Shown one piece after another: positions 48,670 to 57,831 of a DNA stretch of 64,000 bases (positions within the stretch are counted from its first letter, which is position 1; each line of letters starts with the position of its first letter). The translations under genes were made by a program, and so were the position numbers. Source of the DNA: a virus; the IMG/VR virus record IMGVR_UViG_3300025154_000052, positions 64,001 to 128,000 of that record; one strand, 5' to 3'. The notes beneath the pieces are model-generated. The model was not told the origin of the DNA and searched no databases. It saw only the letters and a program-made list of their open reading frames with translations.

Positions 48670-49416
48670 CTAGTCGCTTTTCTTGTCTACTGCAAGTCCT
48701 AACACAACCGACACGGTTGTGTTGCCATGGTTAGCCATTGCTGCCTTGCTGTAACGTCGGGTCTCAACGCGAAGCCGATGAATCAGATCGCGCCCTACAT
48801 CGTCGGGGACCTCTGCTGTCATCGTCAACAGGTGCCCGGTGCTGTCCTGGCGTTCAATAGCTGGGATTACATGGCCAAACAAGGCATCGAGCGCCACCTT
48901 GACATGCTGGCCGATGTCGCCCAACTGTCGAGCTTCGTACTCGGGGACGTTGTCACCCAGGCGGTAGCCACCATTCGACTCGACCACGACGGACTTGATC
49001 CGCATGGCCAGTAGTGCGGCATGTAAGGTCTGCTCGCTCAGCGCCGGAAGTGCCGCTCGTAGTTCGTCAAAAGTGACCGCCCGGGGAATGTACTCGAGCA
49101 GCACCTTGGTAATCTGCCAGATAGGAGCCTGCGTGCCCAGACTCGCGAGTAGTGCCAGTTCGCCAAGACCGAATTCCTCGATAATTGCGTGATGATCAAC
49201 ATCCGGGCATTTCTTCCTTGGCTCGACTCCCGTTGTCAGGTAGTCTAGTGACACATCCAACGCATCGGCAATCCTGAGTGCGACATCCAGTCCCGGAGTT
49301 GCCCCTTGGGAATATTTCGTCAGTGCAGATGGGCTGATATGCACTGACCTGGCGAGATCACGCGACGAAAGCCCTTTCTCTTTAAGTAGTTGCGCCAGAA
49401 CTTCCTTAAACTTCAT
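48670..49416 (-). CDS. XRE/CI-like repressor
   Basis: LKEKGLSSRDLARSVHISPSALTKYSQG..PGLDVALRIADALDVSLDYL; divergent promoter TTGACA-N17-TAGAGT (49435-49463) and palindrome tttactatagtaaa (49483-49496). Confidence 0.85.
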   Translation of the reverse strand: MKFKEVLAQLLKEKGLSSRDLARSVHISPSALTKYSQGATPGLDVALRIADALDVSLDYLTTGVEPRKKCPDVDHHAIIEEFGLGELALLASLGTQAPIWQITKVLLEYIPRAVTFDELRAALPALSEQTLHAALLAMRIKSVVVESNGGYRLGDNVPEYEARQLGDIGQHVKVALDALFGHVIPAIERQDSTGHLLTMTAEVPDDVGRDLIHRLRVETRRYSKAAMANHGNTTVSVVLGLAVDKKSD

Positions 49417-49790
49417 GCCGCCCTCAAAAATACATTGACAGGGTTGTCCGCTGCGACTAGAGTGAACTCAACAGCTTGCTTGTTTACTATAGTAAATCGT
49501 TTACAGCAGTATAGCAGCTTTCCCAGTAGGCGACAAATGCAGATTTTATTTGCTGACGGTGTTTCCTTTCAAGGCTCCCCTATCGACATCGTGTCCCAGA
49601 TGCGTGACACGATGTTCACGCGGTCGGACCTCCCGACAATGCCTCTCGGGGACTTCATTGACTGGCTGCGCGGCGAGTTGAAAACCAGTCTCGGTGTGTT
49701 ACTCGACGTGCCACCGGGCAACGATAAATACAGATGTGTTGTGCTGCTGCGACGACTGTTGGATGCCGAAGTAATCAAGGAGGATTGAAC

Positions 49791-50042
49791 ATGGGACACG
49801 TTTGCTGTAAACATTGCGGGTGCACGGATGACGATCCGTGCACCATGGAGTTTGACACCCGGGAGGAGATGAGAGAGTTCTGCTCCGGGTTGAACATCAG
49901 TCCCGTGGAGACGGAGCGGCATATCCGTGTCGCGTTCGACCACGCGCCGGCCGGATTCAGTCCTTGCTGGTGGGCCGGAGATGTGTGCAGCAAGTGCGCT
50001 GCTCATCTGCACGTAGCCATTCCCGAAGCTTCTGCCGCTTAA
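49791..50042 (+). CDS. Cys-rich small phage protein
   Basis: CKHCGCTDDDPC...CWW...CSKC. Confidence 0.6.
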   Translation: MGHVCCKHCGCTDDDPCTMEFDTREEMREFCSGLNISPVETERHIRVAFDHAPAGFSPCWWAGDVCSKCAAHLHVAIPEASAA

Positions 50043-50052
50043 ACCTGCCCTT

Positions 50053-50166
50053 CATTAAAATACCAGTTGACTCTTTCTATTCCGCATGACATTCTATTAC
50101 ATACCGTCAAGACGTAATGACGTTCTCAGTATCTCCTTGTGTGGTGATGTCTTGACGGGTCTTTTT
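50053..50166 (+). promoter_or_regulatory. CATTAAAAT-type promoter followed by hairpin/T-tract (attenuator or sRNA)
   Basis: CATTAAAAT-N5-TTGACT-N17-CATTCT; stem ccgtcaagac (50104-50113)/gtcttgacgg (50149-50158) + T-run. Confidence 0.65.
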
Positions 50167-50170
50167 CGGA

Positions 50171-50926
50171 GTGTGCATGCGGAAGCAGGTAGGGCGGTGG
50201 AACGAAAAAGCTGAGTTGATACAAGGTCCGCCCGTGGGCGCTCCCCTCACGCCATTCTCAGGCCAACATGTCTGGCGTGACATGTTCCGCTACTACTCCT
50301 TACCTGATGGTCACCAGTTCGCAGGCGTGACTACCATCCTGGCCGCAACAAAGACTCCTCGGGACAAAGCAAAACTCGATGAGTGGCGTAAGCGTGTTGG
50401 CGAGTTCGAAGCCAACCTTATCAGCCACCGGGCGACTGATCGCGGGACGGGGATGCATGCCGCTGCTGAGGCGAGACTCACAACTCAACCCGTCGTCATC
50501 GCTGACGTGGCTGCTCCCTACTGGGAGTCGATCCAACACGTCTTCCCGATGATTATTCGTCCCTACCTTGTCGAGGGCGTCGTCTGGCACCCTTACGGGT
50601 TTGCCGGTAGCACCGACCTTGTTGCTCATGTCGAGTGGCCCGGGATTGTCGGCGGTGTGCCAGTTGTGCTCGACTGGAAGACGTCGGACAAGGTGAAGAA
50701 GGAAGGCTTCCTGGATGACTATCGGTGTCAGACGGCGGGCTACTGTGCGGCTGTGAACCGGTTATACGGTCATCCATACGGTGGTATCAAACACGGCATG
50801 ATCGTGATCGCCGTCCCTGGCCAGGAAGCCCAGATCATCCGGTTGGCTCCCTGGGAGATGAAACACTACTGGGACCTGTTTAAAAAACGAGTCGCCAAAT
50901 TTCACCAGATGATGAGGGAAGTATGA
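50171..50926 (+). CDS. PD-(D/E)xK exonuclease (phage Cas4/MGME1-like)
   Basis: GVTTIL, LDEWRKRVG, RGTGMH, FAGSTDL, LDWKTS, Q..GY. Confidence 0.85.
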   Translation: MCMRKQVGRWNEKAELIQGPPVGAPLTPFSGQHVWRDMFRYYSLPDGHQFAGVTTILAATKTPRDKAKLDEWRKRVGEFEANLISHRATDRGTGMHAAAEARLTTQPVVIADVAAPYWESIQHVFPMIIRPYLVEGVVWHPYGFAGSTDLVAHVEWPGIVGGVPVVLDWKTSDKVKKEGFLDDYRCQTAGYCAAVNRLYGHPYGGIKHGMIVIAVPGQEAQIIRLAPWEMKHYWDLFKKRVAKFHQMMREV

Positions 50927-51301
50927 CGTCGCTGTTGTTACTACACGGGCTGTTTCCGTGCTGGCTCGAGATTCAGCCGATTCTTGTCCTGCTTCCGTAC
51001 ATCGGGACGGTGGTTCTCATGGCTCGAGCGCTATGGATGCGGGTCCGGAGGTGGTGGTGAAGCGGCTTGATCTGGGGACGAATCCGATACGTGATGGAGC
51101 CGTTGTCGACGTCGTTTCTAAGTATTCATGCTTCGGCGGATGCTCGAAGACGTGGGCCGAAAACGATGGTGGCTGGCTCTGTTTTGAATCTGACGAGACC
51201 GGTGGCGCTCAACTCCGACCCGCTTGGTATTGCGACGAGTGCAACGGGAAACGCAGTGATGGCGGACTGAAAGCCGACACTGGCAACTGAGGAGCATAAC
51301 T

Positions 51302-52297
51302 ATGCACGGCATCGAGTATTTGAACCATCAGACTCACCCCGACACCGGCGCCGTACTCAAAGGCGAGACATGGAACGTCGGGTATGGATGCAGGGGATGC
51401 GAACAGGGTCGGAACTGCTGGGCGCTGGGGCAGATTCCGAGGCAAGCGAAGAACACCCCGGGCTCCCGGGAAACATGGGCACCGGACGGCGCAAACCGGA
51501 TTACATGGACCGGAGAATGGCTGAGTCTTCCCGAACGACTCCAACAACCCTTGTGCTGGCGAGATCCGCGCATGATCGCGGTGCAGTTCATGGGTGACAT
51601 CAGTCTGGCGCCGCCTGAATACTTCGCCGCCGTCATGGGAGTCATCGCCGCCACGCCTCAGCACATGTGCCTGATGCTGACCAAGTGGCCGGATGTGCTC
51701 CGGGAGCGGTTCGAGTGGATAGCACAAATCGGCGTACCTCTGGCGGACTGCTTTCGTCATCTCGACAACCATGGGATAGCAGCCACATTCCCTGACAATC
51801 CACGATGGCCCCTGCCCAACCTCATCCTCGGCGCCAGTGCATCGACGCAGGATCTGCTCGAGCGACGATGGCAGGACCTCGCACAGATCCCGGCTCGGTG
51901 GCGCGTCGTCAGCCTGACTCCGAAGGAGGGGTTAGATCTGTCGGTATGTCGCTATGAGATACCGACACCGAAGGATTTCCCGTGGGCGAGAGGTTGCTAT
52001 GGCTTCAAAAAGCCCAACCTTGTCATCTTCGACGGCTCGAACGGACGCGGGGCATGGCCCACGGATCTGTCGTGGGTCCGGTCGCTCCGGGACCAGTGCC
52101 GGGAGTTGGGCATCGGGTTCCGGCTGAAGCAGGTGGGGAGTAAGCCGTTCAGTGTTGCAGACCGGATATCAGCGCAGGGCGTCACGCTGCCCAAAGGGAA
52201 GCCCAACGGCTTCTACCGATTCCTGAATGACCCCGCCGGCGGCGACATGTCCGAGTGGCCCGATGACCTTCAGAACTGTCGTGAATGGCTGTGGTGA
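51302..52297 (+). CDS. DUF5131 (phage Gp37/Gp68-like, radical-SAM-related) protein
   Basis: TWN...GC..C...NCWA, FMGD, PQH...LTKWP, WPLPNLILG, WVRSLRDQC...F.LKQ.G. Confidence 0.85.
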   Translation: MHGIEYLNHQTHPDTGAVLKGETWNVGYGCRGCEQGRNCWALGQIPRQAKNTPGSRETWAPDGANRITWTGEWLSLPERLQQPLCWRDPRMIAVQFMGDISLAPPEYFAAVMGVIAATPQHMCLMLTKWPDVLRERFEWIAQIGVPLADCFRHLDNHGIAATFPDNPRWPLPNLILGASASTQDLLERRWQDLAQIPARWRVVSLTPKEGLDLSVCRYEIPTPKDFPWARGCYGFKKPNLVIFDGSNGRGAWPTDLSWVRSLRDQCRELGIGFRLKQVGSKPFSVADRISAQGVTLPKGKPNGFYRFLNDPAGGDMSEWPDDLQNCREWLW

Positions 52298-52305
52298 GGT
52301 GACTC

Positions 52306-52686
52306 ATGGCATGCGCGTGTATCTATGTAGACACAGATAACTGTTCACCTACGGTCCATCGTGTCTCATTCCGTTGCGCCAAGAAGCAGTATCGCTGTGG
52401 TGAGTGTGGCGGGACGATCAATCCCGGTGACCAGTACGAGTATGTGTTCGGCATATGGGGTGGAAGTCCAGACTATCACCGGACGTGCCTTGTCTGTCGT
52501 GAGATCAGAGATACACTGCTCTGTACCTGGATTTACACGGAGATGTGGGAAACTCTTATGAACCACTGGATCGAGAATCCATCGTCCATACCGTGGTCTG
52601 ACATTGGCGGGCTTTCCATTCCTGCTCGCGAGCGTGTCTGCGCTCAGATCGAAGAGTTGTGGGAAGACGAAGAAGACGACGATTGA
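52306..52686 (+). CDS. Zn-finger phage protein
   Basis: AKKQYRCGECGGTINPGDQYE...TCLVC. Confidence 0.65.
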   Translation: MACACIYVDTDNCSPTVHRVSFRCAKKQYRCGECGGTINPGDQYEYVFGIWGGSPDYHRTCLVCREIRDTLLCTWIYTEMWETLMNHWIENPSSIPWSDIGGLSIPARERVCAQIEELWEDEEDDD

Positions 52687-53605
52687 GAGGTGACTCATGG
52701 CCTTCGACTGTCAACATTCCTTCTGCCTCGTCTGCCCCTTCATGGTGGACAGGGCCTGCACCGCTCCTGAGACATGGATCGAGATCAATGCCGGTTCGGA
52801 TGTGGCTCGAGCCATGGGAGAACCAGAAGGCTACTCGTGTCCGAAAGAGGAGATGGCAGAACGTCAGGCACGGTATGAAGAGTGGCTTGAGGCGCGAAAG
52901 CTTAGCTACTATGCTCGGGACCATTCGGACTTCTCTGTGTACGAGGCGCGACGTGAAGCAATTAAGGCGGGTGCATACGGCCTGGTGCTGGAGGATCTGA
53001 GTTGAGTGGTGCAAAGATAGAGAACATGCTTCACCGACTACGGGCGGCCGGGTTCGTTCTGGAGCACCATGGCGCTCTAGGATACGTTGTCATCTACGAG
53101 CACAATCGTTTTGAGTCGGGCTCGACATTCTATGATCACATCTCTGCGCAACTTAACACGGATGGTGAGATCGAGATGGATGTCTGGGTGGATCTGGTTC
53201 TTGACGACGGGAAGGAATACCTTGGGCGAGTATTCCTCTGGGAATTGGCGTATCCGCCATGGCCTGAGTGGGTACGAAGAGCGGCTGGTGCGCTGGCTGT
53301 CTGCGGGTGGGAGTGATGATGTTCAAACGACTGTTCAAATGGCGACCTCGTTTCTACACGATGAACGTGTGGAAAGCATCGAACGCACGCCCAGTCTTTC
53401 CTGCTCTGATGTGGTCACCCGGTGGCTTCTGGGTGGAGAACAAGACACGACTTGTGCGGACGCCTTCCGTCCATCTTTGCTGGCTCTGGCGGGGATGCGG
53501 GGTCTGGCTCGAGGACCCGGAAGGTATGAAGGCGTGGAGTTGTGAGATGGCCGAGTTCCAGAGACAACTTCGTGACCGATACGGCTTCAAAGATATGGGT
53601 GCATA

Positions 53606-54073
53606 GTGGCCTGGCATCCGCATCTAAGCCTTGAAGTACAGGCCATGTTCCGTTCACTCTCTGGTCGTGCTGATGAACAGTACGAGGTCTATGTCCAGGC
53701 ACGTCGAGAGGCAAGACGAGAGCAATTTCGCCGATGGTATTGGCTTCACTCTAGAGAGCCGAGAGAGGTCCTGGCTACGTCTATCCACAATCAGACCATG
53801 TGTCAAGCCAGGAAAACGGACTCCGTCAAGTGGGAGGCTCACAAGGCCGATTCCAGACGGCGACATCGTGACAAGCAGAGTCAGGTAGTGGCTGAGCGGG
53901 GCGTCGAGCGTCGTACATGCCCGACCTGCAATGAATCGTATGTGGTGGACCCACGATCGAACGGGCGCGGACGTCGAGTGTACTGCACATCGAAGTGCAG
54001 GTTGAAGGCGAACAATAACAAGGCATACGCAAAGGTAAAGGCGAAGCGTCTAGCACTGGAGCGTGAACCATGA
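53606..54073 (+). CDS. Zn-finger-containing hypothetical protein
   Basis: CPTC...YCTSKCR. Confidence 0.55.
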   Translation: MAWHPHLSLEVQAMFRSLSGRADEQYEVYVQARREARREQFRRWYWLHSREPREVLATSIHNQTMCQARKTDSVKWEAHKADSRRRHRDKQSQVVAERGVERRTCPTCNESYVVDPRSNGRGRRVYCTSKCRLKANNNKAYAKVKAKRLALEREP

Positions 54074-54453
54074 TTCGTCTTGCTCACTATGCAGTAGCGA
54101 AGCAGTATTCTCGCCCATGGATCGCCATCTCGAACGGCGTTCCGAAATGGATCGACGTAGACGAACACCGCAGGGACCTTGCGCCTGAGTGGTCGGACGT
54201 TGAAGCGGCGAAGTCTGGACGTATGACAATACACGAGTTCACGCGTCGGTATTGGGCGCAGTTGAATGCGCTCTATGCGTTCGGCGGCATGTCACTGGAA
54301 TTGCCCGACGACTGCACGCTGTTCTGCTGGGAAAAGCCTGTCGAGTTCTGCCATCGGAGGATTCTCGCGGCATTTCTGGTGCGTCATGGTGTCGATGTGG
54401 AGTTGGACGGGCAGCCGGTTGGCAGCGACTTTCGGATCGGTGCTGGAATATGA
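54070..54453 (+). CDS. DUF488-family protein
   Basis: LAPEW..., FTRRY..QL, LFCWEKPVEFCHRR. Confidence 0.8.
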   Translation: MIRLAHYAVAKQYSRPWIAISNGVPKWIDVDEHRRDLAPEWSDVEAAKSGRMTIHEFTRRYWAQLNALYAFGGMSLELPDDCTLFCWEKPVEFCHRRILAAFLVRHGVDVELDGQPVGSDFRIGAGI

Positions 54454-55457
54454 CACGCCCTACTCGCTTCATTGAACTCTGTGGGGCCTCTCTCTGCACA
54501 ACTCTCCGGTTGGGATGGGAGGTCCACAAGATCACCATTCCGATGTGGGGGAGTAAGTTCAACTTCTTGGACGCGCTTCTTCCTGCTATGCGGGTTACGC
54601 CGGGGATGGGCGCTGACTCTTATCTGGCCGTTGAACCGGGACCGTATGGCGAGTTCTGGCAGGTTGTAAAAAACCACGACGACAGGGCAGCACTGGTATC
54701 GTGCCTCAAGTCGTGGCAGGACACCGATCCTTCTACTCTATGGGAGAGAATTGCAAAGTCGCCCGTTCCAGATGGGATTCTCGGACGTGTCTGCCACTGG
54801 TCCACACTGCAATTCTGGGGCTACGGTCGGAAAATCATTTATCCCGTGTGTGTCGCAGGCACTGCTCGAGATGGCCTTATCCAGACACATACTGGACACG
54901 CCCGGCGCTGGAAGACGCACGGCATGGATCAGACGGCGCCCTACAACCGGGAATACCGGGAGAAACGCGGTGAAGGGGTAGGCCGGCGCAACGTCCGTCT
55001 TCCAGATCTGATCGAGCGCATTGAAGCACTTCCGGAACTGTCATCACTGACTGTACTCCATTGCTCAGCGCTGGAAGTAGATCCTACCGTGTGGGGCGGG
55101 CCCGGTGTGCTGGTCCTGATTGACCCACCCTACGAGGGGACTGAGGGCTATGGAGAGTACGTCTTCTCGCGGGCGGACGTCGTCAGGGTGGCTCGAGTCT
55201 GGGCCACTACTGGCGCTCGAGTCGTCATCTGCGAGGCTGAACCGATCACCATGGGGACTGGCTGGCAGTATGTCGAGATCACTCAATACCTGAAGGGCAG
55301 AGGGCGGACAAACGGCTGCCGTGAATGGCTCACGATGAACTTCGCTCCCGGCGACTTACCGACACACCCAGCCGATAATCGTTCGCGATCAGATACCAGA
55401 CGACGCCGAACACAGCCAGCGTGCTCAACGCCTGAAGCACGTATCCGGCTGCTTTGA
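54450..55457 (+). CDS. divergent Dam/D12-like DNA adenine methyltransferase
   Basis: PMWGSKF N-terminal motif, LIDPPYEGT; start at ATG 54450 coupled to DUF488 gene. Confidence 0.65.
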   Translation: MTRPTRFIELCGASLCTTLRLGWEVHKITIPMWGSKFNFLDALLPAMRVTPGMGADSYLAVEPGPYGEFWQVVKNHDDRAALVSCLKSWQDTDPSTLWERIAKSPVPDGILGRVCHWSTLQFWGYGRKIIYPVCVAGTARDGLIQTHTGHARRWKTHGMDQTAPYNREYREKRGEGVGRRNVRLPDLIERIEALPELSSLTVLHCSALEVDPTVWGGPGVLVLIDPPYEGTEGYGEYVFSRADVVRVARVWATTGARVVICEAEPITMGTGWQYVEITQYLKGRGRTNGCREWLTMNFAPGDLPTHPADNRSRSDTRRRRTQPACSTPEARIRLL

Positions 55458-55656
55458 CCGGATCGACGAACAAACTGAACAGCGCCGGCCCGATCAGGTT
55501 CTTCTGTGCTTCAGGAACGCGCTCCTTCAGCAGATCGAAAAACAGTGGGCGGTGCTCGGCACATTCGGCCAGGGACAAGCCACAAGGGCAGGTAACGGAC
55601 ACGAGTTCAATCTTCACTTCACTGGGACGCATAGTCTCCTCCAAGGATTTGGTGGC

Positions 55657-56568
55657 ATGGTAGCAGCGATTACGGTTAGTGGCAAAAATGGGCTTGAGCC
55701 GCGGCCGTTCCTTCGGTGGGCGGGTGGTAAGGACCAACTACTCGAGCCGATCCTGAGTCTCGTCCCGAAGCGGTTCAACGCCTACCATGAGCCATTCATC
55801 GGTGGAGGTGCTGTCTACTTCGCCATGGTCCGGGAGAGACGGATCAAAGGAGCTGCTTATCTGTCCGACCTGAACCATAGGCTGGTCACCTGCTATCGAA
55901 TGGTCCGTAGCCGACCACAAGATGTGATCGATGAACTCGAGCGACTCATGCAGGAGCGAACGCTGGAGGGCTATCTGCGAGCTCGTACAGAGTTCAATCG
56001 TGGAGTACGCGAGAGACGGTCAGGTGTGTTTGGGCTGTTCACCGACTCAACGCCACCCAGCCCGATAAGGCTTGCGGCCCTGTTCGTCTTCCTGAACCGG
56101 ATATGCTTCAACGGGCTGTTCCGGGAGAACCAGAAGGGAGAGTTCAACGTCAGCTTCGATCCATCCAAGGTGACGGCTGATGTGGTGCGTGGAGATGTCC
56201 TCCTGGCCGCGTCATCGTCGCTCCAGGGTGCTGAAATACTCGAGGCCGACTTCCTTTCCAGTACATCTCTGGCCCGAGCCGGTGACTTCATCTTCTTCGA
56301 CCCACCCTACGTTCCTGTCTCTGTGACCGCCTCGTTCGACCAGTACACGGCTGATGGATTCGGAATGGATCACCAGGCAAGTCTGGCTGAAGCATGCCAA
56401 GACCTGGCGAAGCGCTCTATCAACTTCCTCCTATGCAACAGCGCTCACCCTGCCGTGCTCGAGTTGTACAAGGGCTTTGAGATCTCCCACGTCCGCGCCA
56501 TCCGTTCCGTCAACTGCAAGGGCACCGGGCGTGGAGCCGTCGACGAAGTCCTGATCAGGAATTATTGA
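55657..56568 (+). CDS. dam: Dam-family DNA adenine methyltransferase
   Basis: FLRWAGGK, YHEPFIGGGAV, FNGLFREN, FFDPPY. Confidence 0.92.
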   Translation: MVAAITVSGKNGLEPRPFLRWAGGKDQLLEPILSLVPKRFNAYHEPFIGGGAVYFAMVRERRIKGAAYLSDLNHRLVTCYRMVRSRPQDVIDELERLMQERTLEGYLRARTEFNRGVRERRSGVFGLFTDSTPPSPIRLAALFVFLNRICFNGLFRENQKGEFNVSFDPSKVTADVVRGDVLLAASSSLQGAEILEADFLSSTSLARAGDFIFFDPPYVPVSVTASFDQYTADGFGMDHQASLAEACQDLAKRSINFLLCNSAHPAVLELYKGFEISHVRAIRSVNCKGTGRGAVDEVLIRNY

Positions 56569-56582
56569 CCTAAACACAGAAA

Positions 56583-56626
56583 CATTAAAATAATAGTTGA
56601 CAGCTACGCTAACGAACATTATAAAT
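56583..56626 (+). promoter_or_regulatory. CATTAAAAT-type promoter
   Basis: CATTAAAAT-N5-TTGACA-N17-TATAAA(T). Confidence 0.75.
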
Positions 56627-56976
56627 TGAGTCATTGAATGTTCATCACACACTAGGAGCAAACATCATGTTGACTCAATCCGGTCTTCCCGTCGTTGGTT
56701 CCACCTGGATTCATGGCGCCATGTCCGTTCACGTCGTTGAGGTTGCCCAGTGCGTTCGCCCCATCGTGCGCGTCGTCACCGACGACGACGTCAAGGGGAC
56801 CATCTCTCTGGACAACTTCAGCAGGCACTTCCACCCGGCTGGGTCGAGTCTGTCCGAGCGCCTGTCCGTCGCACTCCACACGATCGCTGCTGCCCTGATT
56901 CCCGCTCTCTCCTGATTTTGTGATTCCCGCCCTTACAGGCTATCCTTTGCTCATACCCTTCAATGATGGAGATCGT

Positions 56977-57450
56977 ATGAGCAACACGCCTTTGGAAATA
57001 GCTATATCTGAGATCGGAATGCAGGAGGCTCCGGACGGCTCAAATCGTACCAAGTACGGAGAATGGTACGGGGAGACTGCTGGGCAGAACTGGGATGGCC
57101 AGCCCTGGTGCGGCATGTTCGTCTCGTGGTGTTTTGACGAGGCGGGCACACCCCTTCCTGAACTTCAAGCCCCTGGATATAACGGCTTTGCTTCCGTCGC
57201 CATCGGCCTCGAGGCGTTTCGCCAGCGCGGGTGGTTGGTCGACGACCCGGAACCCGGATACATCGCCTTCATGGATGTCCGGGGGAATGGCAAGCCCAAT
57301 CATGTGGGTATCGTCGAGATGTCCAACTCATGCTGTGTCGTCACGGTGGAGGGCAACACCGCGCCTCCCAGCGGTGGTAAATCTTCGCATGTCGCGCGTC
57401 GTCTCCGCAAGAGAGCGCTCTGCCTCGGGTTCGGTCGACCGAACCTTTAA
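56977..57450 (+). CDS. CHAP-domain peptidoglycan hydrolase (endolysin-like)
   Basis: N.TKYGEWYG, PWCGMFVSWC, HVGIVE, TVEGNT. Confidence 0.88.
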   Translation: MSNTPLEIAISEIGMQEAPDGSNRTKYGEWYGETAGQNWDGQPWCGMFVSWCFDEAGTPLPELQAPGYNGFASVAIGLEAFRQRGWLVDDPEPGYIAFMDVRGNGKPNHVGIVEMSNSCCVVTVEGNTAPPSGGKSSHVARRLRKRALCLGFGRPNL

Positions 57451-57457
57451 GACGAAT

Positions 57458-57501
57458 CATTAAAATAGTTGTTGACTGTATATCTAGGGTCATGGTACAG
57501 T
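57458..57501 (+). promoter_or_regulatory. CATTAAAAT-type promoter driving the RNA cluster
   Basis: CATTAAAAT-N5-TTGACT-N18-TACAGT. Confidence 0.75.
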
Positions 57502-57506
57502 CTGGT

Positions 57507-57620
57507 AAAGACTGGGCGGTTGATCCAGTGACTGAGTTGAGTGGCGTTCCTGCTGAGTTGTACATCCGGAGTGGAAGCAGCGCTGTCCTGAGTGGAACCA
57601 GTACCGTCAGCCCAGTCTTT
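57507..57620 (+). ncRNA. candidate structured ncRNA (11-bp closing stem)
   Basis: aaagactgggc (57507-57517) pairs with gcccagtcttt (57610-57620); starts at the predicted TSS. Confidence 0.55.
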
Positions 57621-57831
57621 TATTCTTTCGGCACCCGGGTGAAACTCCCGGCAGAGTAGCGCTCCCGACTCTCTGTGCATGAGTCATCGGGAGGCGGTAT
57701 GGTAACCGGCGCCCTGTAACCTCCGGGGCAAAGCAACCGACCTCAGATTGAGTGGTGGCGCACTCTCTGAGCCCATGCGGGCGTGAAGGCTCGACGAGAC
57801 AGAGCCAGGCAGCCGGGAAAGACGAGCATAC

